Source of the DNA: Candidatus Micrarchaeota archaeon
GTDB taxonomy: Archaea; Micrarchaeota; Micrarchaeia; Anstonellales; Bilamarchaeaceae
Length of the DNA stretch: 64,000 nucleotides
Direction of reading: 5' to 3'
Assembly: GCA_043821365.1 (NCBI GenBank)
Contig: JBDRCX010000006.1
Location: 384,001-448,000 of the forward strand
The translations under genes were made by a program, and so were the position numbers. The notes under the pieces were generated by a model. The model was given only the letters and a program-made list of their open reading frames with translations, did not search any database and was not told the origin of the DNA. Within the stretch, counting starts at the first letter, position 1. Each line of letters opens with the position of its first letter. This document shows positions 59,401 to 64,000 of this stretch, piece by piece.

Positions 59401-62400
59401 TAATATCTGAAAGTGTTTCATGTCCAAATGCTGATGCCATCATTTCAGCGTCAGAATCAATACTAACGGTTACAAAAATATCTGTTTCAGTTCCATATCT
59501 TTTCATTGCACTGATTCTCAGGTTTATTCCGTTGCTATATGCTAGCATTGCTCTTTCTCCATCTCCTATTACTATGAGGTCTAGTGCTTTTTGTAATTCA
59601 GCTTCACTTCTATCAAGGAGTCCTCTGGTTTCATATGTTGCTCCTTCAAACAAATCATCAAGAGGGCCTGAAGTTTGTGCAGCCATTGATCGGTATGCAG
59701 GACTAATCTTCAATTCGCCATTCACAGTTGCATAAGCAGTAACTAATCTCTCTTCTTTTCTAAAATCTGCCATGAGTGTGCGATAGTCTTCTAAGAGGCT
59801 TTCTTCAACTCCTCCTCGGTGTCTTACCTGCTCTATTCTTGCTACTAATTCTGCTCTTCTTCTTTCTAATACAAGTAATCTATCTCTAACTTGAGTTGGT
59901 ATAGTTGGTTCTACAGTTTGCGTTACTGTTTCTGCAGGTTTTATGAGTGTTGGTTTACCTACGGTTCTCCATCCACCGCCTGGCATATCAACTGTATCTA
60001 CGCTACTGTAGTCATATCTTGCAGGACTCACAACATCCTGCCTTCTCATCACTTGCCCATCTTGCCATACATAACCATGCACTTTTTTCACATGGGTTGG
60101 TGGTTCATCATACATTCCATAAACAGTTGAAGTTGCGACTTGTAATGCATCTAGTGATTCAACAAGTTGGTCATACGTTTGTGATCTTGATGTTGCTTGT
60201 ACCACTCTTCCAAATCTCAGATTGTATGCAGTTACTGCGGTGTTAAAACCCTCAATATTTCCCTGTCTTGCAGCTACTTCGATATCTCTTAAAATATCCT
60301 TCAATGGTCTTCCTGCTTCCAATAAAGGATCTCTTGGTTCTGCTCCCTCTCTTGTATCATATGCTCTTAGATCTGCCATATCCAAGTAAACTTTCTTTCC
60401 TGCTTGGTCTTCCCCAATTAAAATTTTTCCTGCAGCAGTTTGTTCATTTACGGCCCTCTCCCCTCTATAAACACCTAATATCTCTTGATATCCCTGCATA
60501 AGATTGTGGGTGTTTTCAACTAAAATAATTCCTTCAATAAGTTTATCTGCAGCAGTTCTGTGTTGTGTTGCAGTTATTGATATTGTTTCTAATCTAATTG
60601 CTTCAAGCATTTTTGCTCTACCGCTAACAATACCCGGAACTGTGCTTCTTGCAAAAATATCATATCTTCCGCCTTCTTTTCTTGCTTCTACTGCAGGCGT
60701 ATCTCCTTCTGCAGGAATTGCACGTATCTCAATTCCATAAAAATCAGCTACCTGTGACAAAAGTATTTTTGCACCTTCAAAATCTTTTCTTTCTGCTCTT
60801 TTTCTTGCAGTTTGAATTGCGAATGTTATATCTTCTCTTCCAAATTCTCTTGTTGATGCCAATCCTTCTAATCTTACGGATTCTCTTTGTATGTTTAGGC
60901 TGTATGCTCTATTGAAACTGTCCATAAAAACAGCTTCAATCTCAGTCCCATCAACTTGTTCTTCACCTGCAACAATGGCACCAAGTGCTCGTTCCATTCC
61001 ACGAACAACTGAAACATCTGATCTTGCTAATGAATGTATTTGTCCTCCTCTCCTTGTTGCAATTACCTCTACACCATCAATGTACATTGTAAGTAGCATA
61101 AGAACTTTTGCAGCTTGTTCTGCTTTTCCTTCTCTTGCAAGTCTCTCACCCTGAGCCAAACTGTCTCGAATAACTTTTCGTTGCATTACCATGCCAGACC
61201 CCCAGTCTGACAATAGTTCATTCAAGCGTCCAGAATCAACTTTGAAACTATGGTAAACTAAACTTGCATTGAATTCTTGTAATGCATTTCCACCACCAAT
61301 TTCAATAGCAAGAGCTGCTTCCATTTCTTTTGATCCATCCCATCTTCTGCCATTTGTTTGGATCATATCAATGTAAGTCTTAACCATGCTAAGCAATCTA
61401 CGTGCTCCAAGTGGGTCTGTTTCAAGTCTTTCTAATATTTTTTGTGCAGCTTCTCTTATTCTATCATTTTGTTCTCCTCTTTTTTCTGGTGGATAATCTG
61501 CAACTAATCGATCTGTTTCTGCTTTGATATTTCCAAATTGCAATTCTGCTGTCATTCTAGCAAGCATACCGGGGCTAGGTGTTCTCTTATTTCTTATGAT
61601 GTCCATCACTTCGCCATATGAGGTTGGAAGATATTCTCTAAGTCTGTCAAGTGATGTTTTATCCAACTGACCAACCATTATACAAAGTGCTGCAAGTGTT
61701 CTGTTATTATCATCAATTGCTCTTAGTGCCTGGAGACCAAACCATGCCGGAGTTCCTTCTTCTATTCTACTTTCACGTCCTGTTCCTCTTAGTACCTGCG
61801 CACTTTGTCTTAGAATTTCAATTCTCTCTCGGCCCATTGGCACATCAGTTCTTCCAGAAAGTGCAAAATAACCAGCAGTTAATCTGTTTATCTCATCATA
61901 GGTTGCAAGTGCTGTTGGATGTCTTGTTAATCTTTTTGTAAGTTCTTGTGTTTCATCTCTCCATCTATAATACTGATCCATTGCAGCAGCTGCACTTGCC
62001 TCTCTCATCTCTCTTGCTGGCACTAAAGATGCCACCATTCCTTCCAAATATACAAGTGTTTTCTCTCTCACCTGTCTCCTAATGTCAGCAAAATTATGTT
62101 CAAATTGTGCAAGTGTTCTTGTATCCTCTTGCTGTTGTTGTGCAGTATACTCTTCTCTTGCTTGTAATTGTGCCGCTTTGCTGGTTACGAATACAGTTGC
62201 GCTTCTAAATTCTTCAGCAGTTGCACTGTCATCAAAAATAAATATATCAAAATTTTGAGTAACTAATACAAATCCTTTCAATGTAGCTCTTGCTAACAAA
62301 TCCTGTTCTCCCCCAAGTTCAAGAATAGCAAGTTCAGCTGAATCTTGCAACATGGTAAATGTTTGTTCTGGTCCACTTGGCCCAATAAAATAGGTGTCTG

Positions 62401-62818
62401 GCAATCCAGCTTGTATTATTTTTGAACTACGTACAAACACATCTCCAAGCATCTGCAACTGTTCTTGTGCTACTGTTAATTGTCTCCATGCTTTTTCAAT
62501 ATCTCCTTCTCTTTTTGCCTGTTGTATGAATGCCCTAATGTGATCTATTTCATTGTCAAATCGTTCTCTGAATATTGGAACTGATTCAAGTTTCATTTTT
62601 TCAAGTATGCCTAGCAATCGCTTTGCTTCTCTGTCTATTTGGGCTGCTCTTGTTGGTACTGGCCTGCTTGAAATAGTTGCAGAATATTCTCGCAATTCTC
62701 TAATTGCAGTTTGTGTTTCTTGAAGTGCTCTATCTAAGCTTTGTAATTCTGTTCTATCATAACTTTTACGTGGTATAATTCCACTTCTATGTCGGGGATC
62801 TTCGGTTCTTTGTGCCAT
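53414..62818 (-). CDS. Giant hypothetical protein (3134 aa), mostly alpha-helical with hydrophobic hairpins
   Basis: Uninterrupted 9.4-kb ORF with a GGTGA RBS 4 nt before the ATG. Its stop overlaps the RBS of the next gene. Confidence 0.85.
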   Translation of the reverse strand: MAQRTEDPRHRSGIIPRKSYDRTELQSLDRALQETQTAIRELREYSATISSRPVPTRAAQIDREAKRLLGILEKMKLESVPIFRERFDNEIDHIRAFIQQAKREGDIEKAWRQLTVAQEQLQMLGDVFVRSSKIIQAGLPDTYFIGPSGPEQTFTMLQDSAELAILELGGEQDLLARATLKGFVLVTQNFDIFIFDDSATAEEFRSATVFVTSKAAQLQAREEYTAQQQQEDTRTLAQFEHNFADIRRQVREKTLVYLEGMVASLVPAREMREASAAAAMDQYYRWRDETQELTKRLTRHPTALATYDEINRLTAGYFALSGRTDVPMGRERIEILRQSAQVLRGTGRESRIEEGTPAWFGLQALRAIDDNNRTLAALCIMVGQLDKTSLDRLREYLPTSYGEVMDIIRNKRTPSPGMLARMTAELQFGNIKAETDRLVADYPPEKRGEQNDRIREAAQKILERLETDPLGARRLLSMVKTYIDMIQTNGRRWDGSKEMEAALAIEIGGGNALQEFNASLVYHSFKVDSGRLNELLSDWGSGMVMQRKVIRDSLAQGERLAREGKAEQAAKVLMLLTMYIDGVEVIATRRGGQIHSLARSDVSVVRGMERALGAIVAGEEQVDGTEIEAVFMDSFNRAYSLNIQRESVRLEGLASTREFGREDITFAIQTARKRAERKDFEGAKILLSQVADFYGIEIRAIPAEGDTPAVEARKEGGRYDIFARSTVPGIVSGRAKMLEAIRLETISITATQHRTAADKLIEGIILVENTHNLMQGYQEILGVYRGERAVNEQTAAGKILIGEDQAGKKVYLDMADLRAYDTREGAEPRDPLLEAGRPLKDILRDIEVAARQGNIEGFNTAVTAYNLRFGRVVQATSRSQTYDQLVESLDALQVATSTVYGMYDEPPTHVKKVHGYVWQDGQVMRRQDVVSPARYDYSSVDTVDMPGGGWRTVGKPTLIKPAETVTQTVEPTIPTQVRDRLLVLERRRAELVARIEQVRHRGGVEESLLEDYRTLMADFRKEERLVTAYATVNGELKISPAYRSMAAQTSGPLDDLFEGATYETRGLLDRSEAELQKALDLIVIGDGERAMLAYSNGINLRISAMKRYGTETDIFVTVSIDSDAEMMASAFGHETLSDIINDRRREIVAGRDDQYVKYLLIHKQALREILFGDETPGRTDRIKMHGKRLEAARMIDIAMFSIPARNTSQSIANQDYAGRQDQVREACLSAAGAYRTGQSDLGEQKLAEAKVIVEQMEKWSGIIGFAGNAAYTVVALGVTVLQPEIGIPMILAQQADHAYTEYHVEGAVSATSWAMMGLTVVTVGLGSWVGSLGRGAVEAERLGQLATATRMLGRARAITMANVGIGIGMTGYMGYESYRAWQSGQYKEAVFTGMVALFPWAHMGGARYRAARVRSAETARAKAVDLEAVVEELAPAIERPAIEIEPTRVPEAARVAELRSPAKLLEFLRAYTRADPIVKESMMARIPEHARTVLGDLARNPAMTEALRAPDTSVTFLQAEEAMRAAIRGFERPPPTTPGPRNTGPLYEAANWLATRGVTLRDFVGDLVHGEALATARLEQIRSQNPEVARIVDRLVSNDFVRLSYDRGLNPASEAAFRKALTDLEAVVPKEILQVEVQAMEVYELQVVGGEPIQMMGRPPTMGERGAPIEGVTRTQIRASTDPPGGGGPVDGGGQVRPPTGGRSRLNVPGRVLDSYRGYREGRSARAVEAEVRAREGVTAPQDFATEASMGLERILDTARPSAERVTMDITDAQAVELANLRVVELFRTLYERSTSRDVPSALRTELARIMQKMYARENVRNVLREAAEGNVDIQRAIRSSEGTAAETIRRTGTTLEEHYRRLGVREEGKLFTETETGLILDTLEAPVIRMVEQARAAEASAQRTRVEVEGQIETLRPKLARAETSPRESYLRGADKAVETAIEQHGALTAERESYGEIEVLRTELRGLDATNPRAAELTNQIARIEALDASLGYIQERLGTVVDEIAFLRETNLQRTSPRELLRTTQRIGESLQRIQRELGSVHEDLGTLGSQGIDVAPLGTARTAWDKAIRKPLKTLEGYNTRLEGAERTIYEATQQIQDARNQPLVATEGMLATRFGETAKAEMFARLLTEGKMREPIIEGEARGLQYYTERTIADLSADSQAAQVAQQRVLERVARGGNADEILLGVLKSEPVMEALGRKEAAYREALSDAKLDLALEEWNSKNPRQQRTKVEQAIEEIRGIDSELADFATEVRGFSDNFNALGKYAEALTNYRSNPEVAVPEYGSAGVDAWHWAKGRVPTGLISALDYILPVRGWGRGGRLGPLRRRGMAIREDAIRSGELVEGSKRAWGTALVVAQFGLWAADVALMEYWWGRKITGDPEQGPIEWTYGTISECLFQTKSITEGRRLIKEKFDVDISEDNAKAIIKDPNVRMFVDMLPYIYPKGDERRPQNLEEAMQREGGYIHPAMVDRVLDDVREMSGQIDDINDYVTRINGNDDPDRKYEGKLRAIIEPWGISYDQLIGRARIKKRDTGIDLEMMDLVDLRKTGDWVDKGYAFTFGSAIVSSFLYDCGVTDHQREFEVFTQNADVYDVLWTLMKSGKVPYGNAQMAASMLAGTGVIERLRLKAEIDEKKLSVVVEEFLSLNEMASGGKKPPRDVTQASFLLSLSTSATAEGAFSDKVHMFLNQDRDAFVALWNLVHNGSLPVVYSRDAIIELSKPGVIAGIRTGLQGEQTLEEGMYVFLREKGWVLEIPEEQEGQTRGLSHNAILGYLDREAMTRNPALETTVREILTLYKGDPDALRALDSLTLDANEAVYGDLTEFATWIVTKTRERKQLFDGTPERERGKLPPFNLKAEAQREGWILRASYGDIDPQILEHRDLLTFAQKNPLIMTWIEGKRDIGYGINLVAVLRYLELNKSSLPTEQQALTTYLDSLMGQFESRKLMRANERVPRTPEAARRHRAQQSGQKPSQQVRDEEELRRHYPKWATLTPVRTAAPRTDVSTVSDQELTGFMDSMEGLKIAQDIEASTERQKADPDIAALIQRYKAPGVSDADALAHATREITREIYAEILRAKTVSQDKQLYERGGIKLTFAEGGQLTITLDEDKSPAFLGSRIKAAARRAGQRAE

Positions 62819-62931
62819 TATATCACCTTGTAAGAATTATTTTTCCAAAGGAAAAAATGTTTGTGCATTTTTACACCGTCGAAAATTTCTTTGAAATTTT
62901 TGAAAAGTAAAAATGTCCTCATTTTTACACC

Positions 62932-63252
62932 TTAGGAATACATTTTACAAATAAATACAAAATCCCGCAATCTTCGTGTGCGGGTTTCGTCATCAACGTT
63001 TTTTGTTTCAGTTACGTTTTTTTGCCATGATTCTAATGCATGACAAAATCTTCTTATCCTAACAACGTGGGGGTACATTGCATCAGGTTTTGTTTTTGAT
63101 GCATCCCACTTTGTGAGAAAATATTCAAGAGTAGAAATAGTTTTTTCAACACGTCTAATTGTTTCCTGTTCAACAGATGTAACGTCTGTTTTCTTTGGTA
63201 TACTAACAACCTTTTTTGGTTTAGCCTTAATGGCAGTTTTTTTCTTCGCCAT
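62932..63252 (-). CDS. Small hypothetical protein (106 aa) with a basic N-terminus
   Basis: GGGTG RBS before the ATG at 63252; TTTATAAAT upstream. Confidence 0.6.
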   Translation of the reverse strand: MAKKKTAIKAKPKKVVSIPKKTDVTSVEQETIRRVEKTISTLEYFLTKWDASKTKPDAMYPHVVRIRRFCHALESWQKNVTETKNVDDETRTRRLRDFVFICKMYS

Positions 63253-63361
63253 GATACGCACCCGCAATTAAATTATACCTCTGGTTATTTATAAATCTGC
63301 CTACCGTCTGATGGATGCGAATCAGGCTAAGTTGTTATTTAAAAATTAGAAAAATAAAGAA

Positions 63362-64000
63362 TTAGTTTGTTTGTTTTACAAATCTCAAAACTTCACGACC
63401 AAGTATTATTGGTGCTTTGTCATCATCTACTTGTACTTCCAAACCACTTTCAGTTGTTGTCACTGTTAATCCATTTGCTTTTAAGTAAGCACTTTGTGTT
63501 GAGTTTGTTGTTGCCCTTGTAAGTCTTGTAAACCAGTCTGCTCTGATTGCCTGCATGAATTGCTCCTTATCGCCGCCATACTTCGAAACAAGAACTTCCT
63601 GTACCGTTGCACCGTTTGGTCCAGATGCATCAAAGAGTTTTTGGACTGCTTCATCTAATCTTGCACCAAATATGCTGTTCTGGAAAAATGTTTGGCCTTC
63701 TGCGCTAAGTACTTCAGTAGTCACCACACTCTGAGCAGTCGGTTCGCTTATTTGTACTATTAACCCAGTTCCTTTTGCCCATTCCACTCTTGATCCTTGT
63801 GGATATCCAAATGGATCGTAATCGCCTAACTGCCCTCCGTCTCTTTTATGTTGAACTAACAATTGAACAAATTCATCTGATCTTTCAACATTAAGTCTGT
63901 ATGGTGATGCAGTTTGTTTGAATCCTAGGAGGAATTCTTTTACATCAGTTTGTACTACACAAACATCCAATGAAGCTTCGTGGAGTCCTAATCCACTAAG
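63362..64000 (-). CDS. C-terminal part of a further large protein related to the 3134-aa protein (5'-truncated by the window)
   Basis: The frame stays open to base 64000, and the C-terminal motif aligns with the end of the 3134-aa ORF. Confidence 0.75.
   Translation of the reverse strand, partial: LSGLGLHEASLDVCVVQTDVKEFLLGFKQTASPYRLNVERSDEFVQLLVQHKRDGGQLGDYDPFGYPQGSRVEWAKGTGLIVQISEPTAQSVVTTEVLSAEGQTFFQNSIFGARLDEAVQKLFDASGPNGATVQEVLVSKYGGDKEQFMQAIRADWFTRLTRATTNSTQSAYLKANGLTVTTTESGLEVQVDDDKAPIILGREVLRFVKQTN

Noticed and set aside
622-61941. The many 60-190-aa ORFs in the track that overlap longer genes on the opposite strand or in another frame
   Set aside because: They are shadows of well-supported genes, with no RBS, no motifs and implausible composition.

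Overview
This is archaeal DNA, most likely a DPANN genome of the Micrarchaeota type. The evidence is an ARMAN-like three-unit tRNA splicing endonuclease, tRNAs with multiple introns, PolD DP1, PsmB-aCPSF1, archaeal HMG-CoA synthase and geranylgeranyl reductase. From left to right the window holds: a 5'-truncated P-type ATPase; a ten-gene type IV pilus locus (KaiC-like ATPase, vWA-domain pilin-like adhesin, minor pilins, assembly ATPase, two platform proteins, major pilin); housekeeping genes; a DUF3326-like gene; four small ORFs missing from the ORF track (one basic 49-aa peptide and a tandem trio of ultra-acidic 25-27-aa peptides); a five-gene arginine biosynthesis operon led by a kinase-NAT fusion; three intron-containing tRNAs (Arg-UCU with 3 introns, Ile-UAU with 3 including one of 138 nt, Arg-CCU with 2); an mTERF-like repeat protein; and, over the last ~18 kb, a co-oriented cluster of giant orphan genes (1624 aa with a predicted outer-membrane-type beta-barrel, 732 aa with an SGNH hydrolase domain, 3134 aa helical protein with hydrophobic hairpins, and a further truncated relative). 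Two genes appear to need an ATA start codon. I saw no CRISPR array, integrase, transposase or rRNA. All family assignments come from motif recognition by eye; no database searches were run.
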